Positions 1 to 11,282 of a stretch of 64,000 nucleotides of DNA are shown in pieces. The stretch comes from TPA_inf: Saccharomyces (lineage: Eukaryota): contig BK006949.2 in assembly GCA_000146045.2 (NCBI GenBank), positions 32,001-96,000 on the forward strand, given 5' to 3'. The position numbers and the translations under genes were made by a program. Every line of letters starts with the position of its first letter. The stretch's first letter is position 1. The notes beneath the pieces were generated by a model. That model saw nothing but the letters and a program-made list of their open reading frames with translations. It did no database searches and was not told the DNA's origin.

Positions 1-2
1 TA

Positions 3-803
3 GATAACCAAGATATCTCTAAATTGAATTGTAAATCCCTAAGAAGGCATATTGGTATCGTTCAGCAAGAGCCGGTACTGATGTCAGGTACTATTAGGGA
101 TAATATCACTTATGGGTTGACATATACCCCAACAAAGGAAGAAATCAGGTCAGTAGCAAAGCAGTGCTTTTGCCATAACTTTATCACAAAATTTCCGAAC
201 ACATACGATACGGTAATTGGTCCTCACGGCACCTTACTAAGTGGAGGACAAAAGCAGCGTATTGCGATTGCAAGGGCTCTAATCAAAAAGCCAACTATTT
301 TGATTCTTGATGAAGCTACATCAGCTTTAGATGTTGAAAGTGAAGGAGCCATTAACTATACGTTTGGTCAACTAATGAAATCAAAATCGATGACTATTGT
401 TAGCATCGCGCACAGGCTAAGTACGATCAGAAGATCAGAGAATGTTATTGTCCTTGGCCATGATGGATCAGTGGTAGAAATGGGCAAATTCAAAGAATTG
501 TATGCGAATCCAACAAGTGCTTTATCGCAATTACTTAATGAGAAAGCGGCTCCTGGGCCATCTGACCAACAACTGCAAATAGAGAAGGTCATCGAAAAGG
601 AAGATTTGAATGAGAGTAAGGAGCATGATGACCAGAAAAAGGACGATAATGACGATAATGATAATAATCATGATAACGACAGCAATAACCAGTCTCCAGA
701 GACGAAAGACAATAATTCAGATGATATTGAAAAATCTGTCGAACATCTCCTGAAAGACGCGGCAAAGGAGGCTAATCCAATTAAGATCACACCACAACCG
801 TGA
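3..803 (+). CDS. MDL2: 3'-terminal portion of a mitochondrial ABC half-transporter; its 5' end lies upstream of the window
   Basis: Frame is open from the window edge (track start at 24 is a TTG). ABC signature LSGGQKQRIAIARAL, Walker B ILILDEATSALD, H-loop SIAHRL; D/N-rich low-complexity C-terminal tail; stop TGA 801-803; lies immediately upstream of KAR9-PLC1 as in yeast chrXVI. Confidence 0.85.
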   Translation, partial: DNQDISKLNCKSLRRHIGIVQQEPVLMSGTIRDNITYGLTYTPTKEEIRSVAKQCFCHNFITKFPNTYDTVIGPHGTLLSGGQKQRIAIARALIKKPTILILDEATSALDVESEGAINYTFGQLMKSKSMTIVSIAHRLSTIRRSENVIVLGHDGSVVEMGKFKELYANPTSALSQLLNEKAAPGPSDQQLQIEKVIEKEDLNESKEHDDQKKDDNDDNDNNHDNDSNNQSPETKDNNSDDIEKSVEHLLKDAAKEANPIKITPQP

Positions 804-1012
804 GTCATCCGCATCGCATATACCCATTCTTATCTCGCACATTTAAATATATACTATATATAATACTGTTAAATGCCAAATAAAAAGGATTTTCATTACC
901 CGAATCGATACTTTTGGTAGCATAAACAAATAACATTGAAACAATAACAAAGTGTAATGTGGCCGCACGAATCTTTGTCTGTAACAGCCTTAAAGATTTC
1001 AGTAGCACTGCC

Positions 1013-2947
1013 ATGGATAATGATGGACCCAGATCTATGACCATTGGGGATGACTTCCAAGAGAACTTTTGTGAACGTTTAGAAAGAATTCACAATACAT
1101 TACATTCAATAAACGATTGCAACTCATTGAATGAGAGTACCACAAGTATATCAGAGACATTGTTAGTTCAATTTTATGATGATTTGGAGAACGTTGCCTC
1201 GGTAATTCCCGACTTAGTCAACAAGAAAAGACTGGGAAAAGACGATATTTTGTTGTTTATGGACTGGTTATTATTGAAAAAATATATGCTATATCAATTT
1301 ATTAGTGACGTTCATAATATTGAGGAAGGTTTTGCTCATTTGTTGGATTTACTAGAGGATGAATTCTCGAAGGACGATCAGGATAGCGACAAATACAATC
1401 GATTTAGCCCGATGTTTGACGTCATAGAAGAATCTACACAAATTAAGACTCAGTTGGAGCCATGGCTTACTAACTTGAAGGAATTATTGGATACGTCATT
1501 GGAATTTAACGAAATTTCAAAGGATCATATGGATACATTACATAAAATCATTAATAGCAATATATCGTATTGTCTGGAAATTCAGGAAGAAAGGTTCGCG
1601 TCCCCGATACGGCATACTCCATCATTTACCCTAGAACAACTAGTCAAGTTATTAGGAACGCATACGGAGACAACTGAGCCAAAGGTACCAAAATTTTCTC
1701 CGGCAGAAGATATTTTATCAAGAAAGTTCTTGAACCTAAAAAAAAATATCCCTCCAATTGAAAAAAGTTTGACTGATATCCTACCTCAAAGAATTGTGCA
1801 ATTTGGGCACCGGAATATAACAAACATAACTACTTTGCAAACAATCTTGCAAAAAAAATACGAGCTGATAATGAAAGATTATAGATTTATGAATTCAGAG
1901 TTTAGGGAATTGAAAGTCGAACTAATCGACAAACGTTGGAATATACTCTTTATTAATTTAAATCATGAACTATTATACATTCTTGATGAGATAGAAAGGT
2001 TGCAGTCGAAATTACTGACAACAAAGTATACCAAAGATATCACTATAAGGCTCGAGAGGCAATTGGAGAGAAAATCAAAAACTGTTTCTAAGACATTCAA
2101 TATTATTTACAGAGCATTGGAATTCTCACTTTTGGACGCTGGCGTCGCATCGAAGACAAATGAATTAGCTCAAAGATGGCTGAATATCAAGCCTACAGCG
2201 GATAAAATTCTAATCAAATCCTCCGCTTCAAACAAAATAGCTACTAGCAAGAAGAAGATTCCAAAACCGAAATCATTAGGCTTTGGGCGACCGAATAGTG
2301 TTATTGGAACTATAACCCAGGATTTCCAGGAGAGAGTCGCCATTAATGAAGGTGACAGTAATAAAACACCGGAAAATTCAACTACAGTGGCTTTGAAAGG
2401 TAAAAAGCTTGGTAAAGCGTTACTGCAGAAGATGAATATTAAACCTGCAACAAGCCCAAATTCATCAAATGCGATTAATCCATTTTTTGATCCGGAGTCG
2501 CCAAACAAAGGAAAACTGATACTAAGTAGTGTTCCTCCCTTACCTTATGACGAAACCGATGAAACCACCCTCCGTGTTTCTCGTGGGGAAAATGAAAAGT
2601 CACCAGACTCCTTCATTACATCTCGGCATGAAAATAAAGTACAGATTACAGAAACTCCTTTGATGGCAAAGAATAAGTCTGTGCTTGACATCGAAAAAGA
2701 TAAATGGAATCATTACCGGTCCTTGCCCTCTAGGATCCCTATATACAAGGATAAAGTGGTGAAAGTCACCGTAGAAAACACACCGATAGCAAAGGTTTTC
2801 CAGACTCCGCCAACAAAAATCACGACACCTAATAGTCAAGTTTGGGTCCCTTCGACAAGAAGAAGAACCCGATTGAGGCCTCCCACCCCCTTATCACAGT
2901 TACTTTCACCAAGAGAAGGGCGTTTAGATAAAACCCCAACTTATTGA
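1013..2947 (+). CDS. KAR9: Karyogamy/spindle-positioning protein (644 aa)
   Basis: Track ORF starts at a GTG at 959; first in-frame ATG is at 1013 (MDNDGPRSMTIGDD...), giving 644 aa. Synteny between MDL2 and PLC1. Confidence 0.85.
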   Translation: MDNDGPRSMTIGDDFQENFCERLERIHNTLHSINDCNSLNESTTSISETLLVQFYDDLENVASVIPDLVNKKRLGKDDILLFMDWLLLKKYMLYQFISDVHNIEEGFAHLLDLLEDEFSKDDQDSDKYNRFSPMFDVIEESTQIKTQLEPWLTNLKELLDTSLEFNEISKDHMDTLHKIINSNISYCLEIQEERFASPIRHTPSFTLEQLVKLLGTHTETTEPKVPKFSPAEDILSRKFLNLKKNIPPIEKSLTDILPQRIVQFGHRNITNITTLQTILQKKYELIMKDYRFMNSEFRELKVELIDKRWNILFINLNHELLYILDEIERLQSKLLTTKYTKDITIRLERQLERKSKTVSKTFNIIYRALEFSLLDAGVASKTNELAQRWLNIKPTADKILIKSSASNKIATSKKKIPKPKSLGFGRPNSVIGTITQDFQERVAINEGDSNKTPENSTTVALKGKKLGKALLQKMNIKPATSPNSSNAINPFFDPESPNKGKLILSSVPPLPYDETDETTLRVSRGENEKSPDSFITSRHENKVQITETPLMAKNKSVLDIEKDKWNHYRSLPSRIPIYKDKVVKVTVENTPIAKVFQTPPTKITTPNSQVWVPSTRRRTRLRPPTPLSQLLSPREGRLDKTPTY

Positions 2948-3235
2948 TACTAACCTAAAACTGTATACTTATACATTTTTATATATCCTCCCTCTCACCC
3001 TCTCCATTCATAGAATTTGTAATACTAGTTTAAATAATGTAATATTATGTGTAATTTTAAATAGTCCATGAAGATTCCGCACGTTTTCATTTTACAGTTT
3101 TTGACACCTTTACCCGACGCTTTATAAAAAAAATAGTATAAGCATCACGACATAAGCAGCCTCAGGTCATTAAAACAATAAAAGACTGGGAATTATAAAC
3201 GTACAACGGTAAGGTCATTCACGCAGTGTATATGA

Positions 3236-5845
3236 ATGACTGAAAGTGCTATAGATGACCAAAGGTTTAATCTTACAAAGGAGTTACAACGACACTCATG
3301 CAGAGATCAAGGGAAAATAACACAAAAGGATGATGCTTTAGATTTTATAAGTTACAGTTCTTTTCAATCCTCTTTTAATACTGACCAAAAAAGCGCGAAC
3401 AATGGAAGTACTGTGAGAAGAAGCATAAGGTCGATTTTTAGAAGAGCAGCCGAATTGCCTAGAGTCCATATGGGGCCTCTTACTTATTCACATGGGATAA
3501 ATGAGCTTGTTAACAAGAAATTAAGAAAAGACTGTGATCTCAGCACGCTATGTCGCGTATTGCAAAGAGGAATCAGGATGATTAGGATGACAAGAAGAAG
3601 AAGGAAGTTCTATGAATTTAAATTAATCAATAACAACGGGCAAATAATATGGAAAGATGGTTCGAAGTATCTGGAATTAGACTCCGTTAAAGACATCAGA
3701 ATCGGTGATACGGCGAGTACTTATCAAGAGGAAGTAGATCCGAAAAGATTGAGATCGGACAGTAAACTTTGGATTGCTATTATTTATAAGGTTTCCAACA
3801 AATTGAAAGCGTTACACGTAGTTGCTTTGAATGAATTGGACTTTAACACATTCTTAAGCTGCATTTGCGGTTTAGTGAAGTTAAGGAGGGAATTAATGGA
3901 AAGCATACTTTTGCCTGATAATTCGCAATTCGCTAGGATACATTGGCAAATTACTGTTTCTGAAAAAGAGGAAGATGAGAAAAAGGACACATTGAGCTTT
4001 GCAGATGTGAAGAAACTATGTGATAAATTTCATATTTATGTGTCAACTGGTCAATTGTTAGAGTTTTTCCAATTAGCAGACATCAATCATAACGGACTAT
4101 TAAATTATTTTGAATTTGAAAAGTTCATTAAAATCTTAAAGAATAGGAAAGAGGTAAATATGATTTGGTCTAAATTTACAAAACCTCCACACTCCCACTT
4201 ATCATTTGAAAATTTTTTTCAATTTTTAATTACAGAGCAGCATGAGCAAGTGGATCGTCAAACTGCATGGTCATATTTTATTAAGTACAGAGAACCGACT
4301 CAGCTGACGATGGGGCAAGATGGTTTTACCAAGTTCTTGAAGGAGCAACCATATTTGGTGGAGGTTAAAGAGGAGTTATATTCAAAGCCATTAAACCATT
4401 ATTTTATTGCATCTTCACATAATACTTATTTATTGGGGAAACAAATTGCAGAAACTCCATCTGTGGAGGGATATATTCAAGTCCTACAACAAGGTTGTAG
4501 GTGCGTAGAAATTGATATATGGGATGGTGAAAATGGGCCAGTGGTATGCCATGGATTTTTAACGTCAGCTATTCCCTTAAAAACAGTTATACGCGTGATA
4601 AAGAAGTACGCTTTTATAACGTCTCCGTATCCTTTGATTATTTCACTGGAAATAAACTGTAACAAGGATAATCAAAAATTGGCAAGCCTGATAATGAGAG
4701 AGGTTTTAGCAGAACAGCTGTACTTTGTTGGCACAAGAACTGATAAACTGCCATCACCAAGGGAATTAAAACATAAAATACTGTTGAAATCCAAGAAGAC
4801 GAGTGAAGCAACTAGAGGTCTTAGCGTTAATGAGCCATTTCCATCTTCTTTTAGTTCTTCTTACGAATCAGCTAATGAACAGGAATTAAGAATGAAAGAT
4901 GACTCCACGAACAGTAGTAGCGCAACAAATTCTTCTAGTATGCAACGCATCAAAAGAATTGGATTAAAAAAGCACGCTGATATAATTAATGATGTTTCTA
5001 ACATTTCTGGAATACATGGCATCAAGTTCAGGAATTTCTCTTTACCAGAGTCCAAAACGATAGCGCATTGTTTTTCACTGAATGAGCGCAAAGTAGAATA
5101 CATGATAAAAGACAAACACTTAAAATTATCGTTGGATAAACATAATAGAAGATATTTGATGAGAGTCTATCCTCACGTTTTACGATACAAATCATCAAAT
5201 TTTAACCCAATACCTTTTTGGAAGGCCGGTGTACAAATGGTGGCTACGAATTGGCAAACTAATGATATTGGACAGCAACTTAATCTGGCAATGTTTCAAA
5301 TATTAGATCACCAACCTGATGGAAGTTTTAAATCAGGATACGTGCTAAAACCAAAAAAGTTGCTACCTGTAGTAACAAAGGCGAAAATGATTCCATTAAT
5401 TTACGAACATTTTGAAAATGGTAGTGATCCTGTTACTGTTAAAATTCGAATTTTATCTACACAGTTATTGCCCAGATTGAATGATACATCGCCAAGCAGA
5501 AATAACACCAATTCCTTTGTTAAAGTGGAGTTTCATACCGATGACGAGCCGACAATGCCCATCTCAATCGATAAGGGTACAAGGATTTCTGCCACTGAAG
5601 CATCCACTAAGAGTTCTCAAGGGAATGGATTCAACCCAATATGGGATGCTGAAGTTTCTATCACATTGAAAGATACAGACCTCACATTTATAAAATTCAT
5701 GGTTATCTCTGAAGAGACCCAGATTGCATCTGTTTGCCTTAAGCTGAACTATTTGAGGATGGGATATCGTCACATTCCGTTGTTTAACATGGAGGGGGAA
5801 CAATACATATTTTGCACTTTATTTATTCATACACAAATTTTATAG
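3236..5845 (+). CDS. PLC1: Phosphoinositide-specific phospholipase C (869 aa)
   Basis: ATG at 3236; PI-PLC X-box (SSHNTYLLGKQ...CRCVEIDIWDG), Y-box (NRRYLMRVYPHVLRYKSSNFNP), C-terminal C2-like region; the 869-aa length matches. Confidence 0.93.
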   Translation: MTESAIDDQRFNLTKELQRHSCRDQGKITQKDDALDFISYSSFQSSFNTDQKSANNGSTVRRSIRSIFRRAAELPRVHMGPLTYSHGINELVNKKLRKDCDLSTLCRVLQRGIRMIRMTRRRRKFYEFKLINNNGQIIWKDGSKYLELDSVKDIRIGDTASTYQEEVDPKRLRSDSKLWIAIIYKVSNKLKALHVVALNELDFNTFLSCICGLVKLRRELMESILLPDNSQFARIHWQITVSEKEEDEKKDTLSFADVKKLCDKFHIYVSTGQLLEFFQLADINHNGLLNYFEFEKFIKILKNRKEVNMIWSKFTKPPHSHLSFENFFQFLITEQHEQVDRQTAWSYFIKYREPTQLTMGQDGFTKFLKEQPYLVEVKEELYSKPLNHYFIASSHNTYLLGKQIAETPSVEGYIQVLQQGCRCVEIDIWDGENGPVVCHGFLTSAIPLKTVIRVIKKYAFITSPYPLIISLEINCNKDNQKLASLIMREVLAEQLYFVGTRTDKLPSPRELKHKILLKSKKTSEATRGLSVNEPFPSSFSSSYESANEQELRMKDDSTNSSSATNSSSMQRIKRIGLKKHADIINDVSNISGIHGIKFRNFSLPESKTIAHCFSLNERKVEYMIKDKHLKLSLDKHNRRYLMRVYPHVLRYKSSNFNPIPFWKAGVQMVATNWQTNDIGQQLNLAMFQILDHQPDGSFKSGYVLKPKKLLPVVTKAKMIPLIYEHFENGSDPVTVKIRILSTQLLPRLNDTSPSRNNTNSFVKVEFHTDDEPTMPISIDKGTRISATEASTKSSQGNGFNPIWDAEVSITLKDTDLTFIKFMVISEETQIASVCLKLNYLRMGYRHIPLFNMEGEQYIFCTLFIHTQIL

Positions 5846-6168
5846 GCGATCTTTTTCCGGCCAAATACACATATTCATAAATACGTACATATACCTACTT
5901 GCATATACCAACATGATTACCTAGAATGGATATATCAAATGGGACGACGAAGTACCACGACAATACACAATAACAACTTCTGTTTTTCGCTGATTGCCTT
6001 CTCTTCAGCAGAAAGTTGATGCATATTTCGCGTAGCGCGTTGACGCGTCTTCTTTCTGAAGTTTTGTGCTTTTGTTATCATACTATATAAAGTAAAAAGA
6101 AAGGAGAACATATTAAGCATTACTGAATTAGGATCCTTTGGAAGAAATAAAGTAAGAGACACTGAAAG

Positions 6169-6798
6169 ATGATATCACCATCAAAAAAGAGAACCATTTT
6201 ATCAAGCAAGAATATAAACCAAAAACCACGAGCAGTGGTAAAAGGCAATGAACTTCGTTCACCATCAAAGAGAAGGTCACAAATAGACACAGACTATGCA
6301 CTAAGGCGAAGTCCAATAAAGACAATCCAAATTTCTAAAGCTGCACAATTTATGCTGTATGAGGAAACGGCTGAAGAAAGAAACATAGCTGTCCACAGAC
6401 ATAATGAAATATACAATAATAACAATTCTGTGAGCAATGAGAATAATCCTTCCCAAGTAAAAGAAAACCTTTCACCCGCTAAAATTTGCCCTTATGAAAG
6501 AGCATTTTTAAGGGAAGGAGGAAGAATTGCATTGAAGGACTTAAGTGTTGACGAATTCAAAGGTTACATACAGGATCCTCTCACCGATGAGACTATACCA
6601 CTGACGTTGCCACTGGGTGATAAAAAAATCAGCCTACCCAGTTTTATAACGCCGCCAAGAAATTCGAAGATATCTATTTTCTTCACTAGTAAACACCAAG
6701 GACAGAACCCAGAGACAAAGATATCCCGTTCTACCGATGACGTCAGTGAAAAAAAAGTAGTGAGAAAACTGTCCTTCCACGTCTATGAAGATGAGTAA
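6169..6798 (+). CDS. ACM1: APC/C-Cdh1 pseudosubstrate inhibitor (209 aa)
   Basis: ATG at 6169; 209 aa; KEN box (QVKENLSP) and RxxL-type motifs; S/P-rich Cdk-site-rich sequence; synteny. Confidence 0.85.
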   Translation: MISPSKKRTILSSKNINQKPRAVVKGNELRSPSKRRSQIDTDYALRRSPIKTIQISKAAQFMLYEETAEERNIAVHRHNEIYNNNNSVSNENNPSQVKENLSPAKICPYERAFLREGGRIALKDLSVDEFKGYIQDPLTDETIPLTLPLGDKKISLPSFITPPRNSKISIFFTSKHQGQNPETKISRSTDDVSEKKVVRKLSFHVYEDE

Positions 6799-7111
6799 AT
6801 AATGTACACAGTTAGCGTCTAATAATTAATTAACGATACCAATTTAATTCATTCACGTATTCCTCACCTCGTGTGTAAATTACTAACAGAGTAGTAATAA
6901 TAATAAGAATCAATAATAATAATAAATCCATCCTTGTGTATTACCCGGGTTAGAGGGTAGAAAAATTTTTGAAAATCGCGATGAGCTGAAAATTGAAAAT
7001 ATTTGGTTATAACATAAGATCGATAAATTAGGAACAGTGCATTATACAGTGGACTCATTCGGTTAGAAGCTTTAGACGTCGTACCTTTTATATCGATACA
7101 AATAAAAATAA

Positions 7112-8077
<966 letters not shown>

Positions 8078-8450
8078 GCTCTCTTATCAATTATGTAAGT
8101 GCTTGTATACTATTTACCTAAGATAAGAAAAAAAAAAGCAATTCAAAATTAAGCTTATCTTGACAGCGGGGCTGGTTTGTTTCTAGAAGACAAAAAGTGG
8201 GGAATCATTTTTACGTAACTCCCCCTGATAAGAAGGACTCACATCCTTATAGGTACGATAAAGAATGGTTGTATCTTTCCTATTTTTCGAAATCGTTATC
8301 TTATATAGTTGAACTACTACGGTTAAAAAGCTTAAGCCTCAGCCCTCTTAGTCAAACTTCTTTTTTGAAGGCACCAGGGTGCATAAAAGTGCGTCTATTG
8401 TTTCCCAGTGGAACTCTGTTGAGATAGCGATGTTTGTTTTTTTTTCACTT

Positions 8451-8600
8451 AACGGCAACCAATACCGATAGCGACGTCGCTGGCAGTGTAGAGTGGCCGT
8501 ACGGCGTCGCTAGATGGCACGGCACTGATTGCGGCGGGAGTCGCTAGGCGGTGATGCATTTCCGCACAGGGACCAGAGGAAGCTTCCCAGGCGGTGACAG
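8451..8600. promoter_or_regulatory. GC-rich island with three GTCGCTRG direct repeats and a GGCACGGCAC element, about 450-590 bp upstream of DIP5; candidate amino-acid-responsive UAS
   Basis: Repeats at 8476-8483, 8506-8513 and 8540-8547; GGCACGGCAC at 8516-8525. The surrounding intergenic DNA is AT-rich. DIP5 is an SPS-sensor/Stp1-2 regulated permease gene. Confidence 0.35.
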
Positions 8601-9042
8601 TAAGTGAACTCATTATCATGTCTTCTCCAAAACATTCGTGACATCTAGTCATGCTCCTCGCAATTCACTCCGATTGGTATAGCTTTTTCGGTAGTTTTAG
8701 CTACTATGCTTAGGGGAAAGAGGAGAAACCGTACCGTCAGTCTCAGTCAAAAAATTTTGATATTCAATCTGATAGCAAAGTTGGAACTTGGGGTTATCTG
8801 GCCCTTTTTTGTTATCATATTCGTATACCCAACAACATATCGGTTCCACCGGTCCTTTTTATATATAAAAGACGATGTGTAGATGCACTCGAGTATTCTT
8901 GGAGAACGTAACTTGTATTGAGCTAGAGTGCTGGATAAAGTACCACATACTAACGTTCTTTTATAGAGCCAAACATAATTCTTTTGCACTTTCAATATAA
9001 GGTACAAGTGAAACACAGGAAAAAAAGAACTAACTCTAAGTA

Positions 9043-10869
9043 ATGAAGATGCCTCTAAAGAAGATGTTTACCAGCACGTCTCCTCGTAACTCTTCTTCTC
9101 TTGACAGTGATCATGACGCTTACTATTCGAAACAAAATCCTGACAATTTCCCTGTAAAGGAGCAAGAAATCTATAACATTGACCTGGAAGAAAACAATGT
9201 GTCCTCTCGTTCATCCACCTCTACATCACCTTCAGCAAGGGACGACTCTTTCGCAGTTCCAGATGGTAAAGACGAAAACACGCGGTTGAGGAAAGATTTA
9301 AAGGCAAGACATATTTCTATGATCGCCATTGGTGGTTCATTAGGTACAGGTCTGCTTATAGGTACAGGTACCGCCTTATTGACGGGTGGTCCGGTTGCGA
9401 TGTTAATTGCATATGCCTTTGTCGGCCTTTTAGTCTTTTACACCATGGCCTGTCTTGGTGAAATGGCTTCTTACATTCCATTGGATGGTTTTACAAGTTA
9501 TGCCTCACGTTACGTGGATCCTGCATTAGGTTTTGCTATTGGTTATACTTACCTTTTCAAATATTTCATCTTACCTCCCAACCAACTTACTGCTGCTGCT
9601 TTGGTCATTCAATATTGGATCAGCAGAGACCGTGTTAACCCTGGTGTGTGGATTACTATATTCTTGGTTGTTATTGTCGCTATCAATGTCGTCGGTGTAA
9701 AATTCTTTGGTGAATTTGAATTTTGGTTGTCCAGTTTCAAAGTCATGGTAATGTTGGGTCTAATCCTGTTACTATTTATTATTATGCTTGGTGGAGGTCC
9801 TAACCATGACCGCCTAGGGTTTAGATACTGGCGTGATCCTGGTGCGTTCAAAGAATATTCGACGGCTATCACTGGTGGTAAAGGTAAATTTGTTTCGTTC
9901 GTTGCTGTTTTCGTTTACAGTCTTTTCAGTTACACGGGTATTGAATTGACAGGTATCGTTTGTTCTGAAGCTGAGAATCCAAGAAAAAGTGTTCCAAAGG
10001 CAATTAAATTGACAGTTTACCGTATCATTGTTTTTTACCTATGCACCGTTTTCCTTTTGGGTATGTGCGTTGCATACAATGACCCTCGTTTACTTTCCAC
10101 AAAAGGTAAGAGTATGTCTGCTGCGGCATCTCCATTCGTGGTTGCCATTCAAAACTCAGGTATTGAAGTCTTACCTCATATCTTCAATGCTTGTGTCTTG
10201 GTTTTCGTTTTCAGTGCTTGTAACTCAGATTTGTACGTTTCTTCCAGAAATTTATATGCGTTGGCAATTGATGGTAAAGCGCCAAAGATCTTCGCTAAGA
10301 CAAGTAGATGGGGTGTTCCTTACAATGCTTTAATACTCTCCGTGCTGTTTTGTGGCTTGGCGTACATGAATGTGTCTTCAGGATCAGCAAAGATTTTCAA
10401 CTACTTTGTTAACGTTGTTTCTATGTTCGGAATCTTGAGTTGGATCACCATTTTAATTGTTTACATCTACTTCGATAAAGCCTGCCGTGCTCAAGGGATT
10501 GACAAATCAAAATTTGCTTATGTCGCTCCTGGCCAACGTTATGGTGCTTATTTTGCTTTATTCTTCTGCATTTTGATTGCTTTAATCAAAAACTTCACTG
10601 TTTTCCTAGGTCATAAATTTGATTATAAAACATTCATCACCGGGTATATTGGCCTGCCTGTCTATATCATTTCTTGGGCTGGTTACAAATTGATATACAA
10701 AACCAAAGTGATAAAGTCTACCGACGTGGATTTGTACACATTTAAGGAAATATACGATAGAGAAGAAGAAGAGGGAAGAATGAAGGACCAAGAAAAGGAA
10801 GAGCGTTTAAAAAGTAACGGTAAAAATATGGAGTGGTTCTATGAAAAATTTTTGGGTAATATCTTCTAG
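9043..10869 (+). CDS. DIP5: Dicarboxylic amino-acid permease, APC superfamily (608 aa)
   Basis: Twelve predicted TM segments, the amino-acid permease family signature region (GGSLGTGLLIGTG), ATG at 9043, 608 aa. Confidence 0.92.
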   Translation: MKMPLKKMFTSTSPRNSSSLDSDHDAYYSKQNPDNFPVKEQEIYNIDLEENNVSSRSSTSTSPSARDDSFAVPDGKDENTRLRKDLKARHISMIAIGGSLGTGLLIGTGTALLTGGPVAMLIAYAFVGLLVFYTMACLGEMASYIPLDGFTSYASRYVDPALGFAIGYTYLFKYFILPPNQLTAAALVIQYWISRDRVNPGVWITIFLVVIVAINVVGVKFFGEFEFWLSSFKVMVMLGLILLLFIIMLGGGPNHDRLGFRYWRDPGAFKEYSTAITGGKGKFVSFVAVFVYSLFSYTGIELTGIVCSEAENPRKSVPKAIKLTVYRIIVFYLCTVFLLGMCVAYNDPRLLSTKGKSMSAAASPFVVAIQNSGIEVLPHIFNACVLVFVFSACNSDLYVSSRNLYALAIDGKAPKIFAKTSRWGVPYNALILSVLFCGLAYMNVSSGSAKIFNYFVNVVSMFGILSWITILIVYIYFDKACRAQGIDKSKFAYVAPGQRYGAYFALFFCILIALIKNFTVFLGHKFDYKTFITGYIGLPVYIISWAGYKLIYKTKVIKSTDVDLYTFKEIYDREEEEGRMKDQEKEERLKSNGKNMEWFYEKFLGNIF

Positions 10870-11282
10870 ATGCCTTTTTAATCAAAGCCTTAGGGCAACA
10901 TGAAACTATATTCATCCAATCAAAAAAATGAGCACAAGAATTTCTCTTTGATCATTTTTCTTTTACCTTTAATAACAATCGTTATCAACATTTTTTATTT
11001 CCAGTCCTACCACAGCATTATTGCATAATTAATTTACAGGAAGATTTTCTTGAAAAAATAGAAAGAAAAATACCCATTTTTTCAAGGAAAATAAAATTTA
11101 TATATTACATACATTTCTATAAAACAGTTTAAATTCAAAAATATAAACAAAAACATAAAAATAAGAAAAGTTCAAGTCTTCGTTATTTTCTGTTTGTGGA
11201 GTAATCGATCTTATTAACATATATGTGGAGACTTTTCAAATATAGCCACCTGCAACATGGAACCATAGTGTACAGGTATCAC

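Noticed and set aside
368-592. Many short (60-130 aa) ORFs on the strand opposite to, or overlapping, confirmed genes (e.g. 368-592 minus, 2170-2508 minus, 3784-3990 minus, 9609-9872 minus, 22570-22965 plus, 46446-46715 plus, 48051-48383 plus, 59226-59441 plus)
   Set aside because: They lie wholly inside well-supported genes on the other strand or frame. Their low-complexity, Cys/Leu/Phe-rich translations and lack of motifs are typical of shadow ORFs, and the track allows non-ATG starts, which inflates them.
959-1012. N-terminal extensions in the ORF track (KAR9 +18 aa, APM1 +5, THI21 +26, YPL257W +5, HFI1 +5, VIK1 +3, RBD2 +6, SRP68 +4)
   Set aside because: The track's first codons are TTG or GTG, not ATG (checked base by base). 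Nuclear yeast genes initiate at ATG, and the first in-frame ATG reproduces the known protein lengths.
11030-11200. AT-rich stretches resembling the ARS consensus (WTTTAYRTTTW), e.g. around 11090-11110 and 37420-37450
   Set aside because: I could not find an exact 11/11 ACS match by eye, and AT-rich near-matches are ubiquitous in yeast intergenic DNA. Calling an origin would need an ACS PWM scan plus B-element context or replication data.
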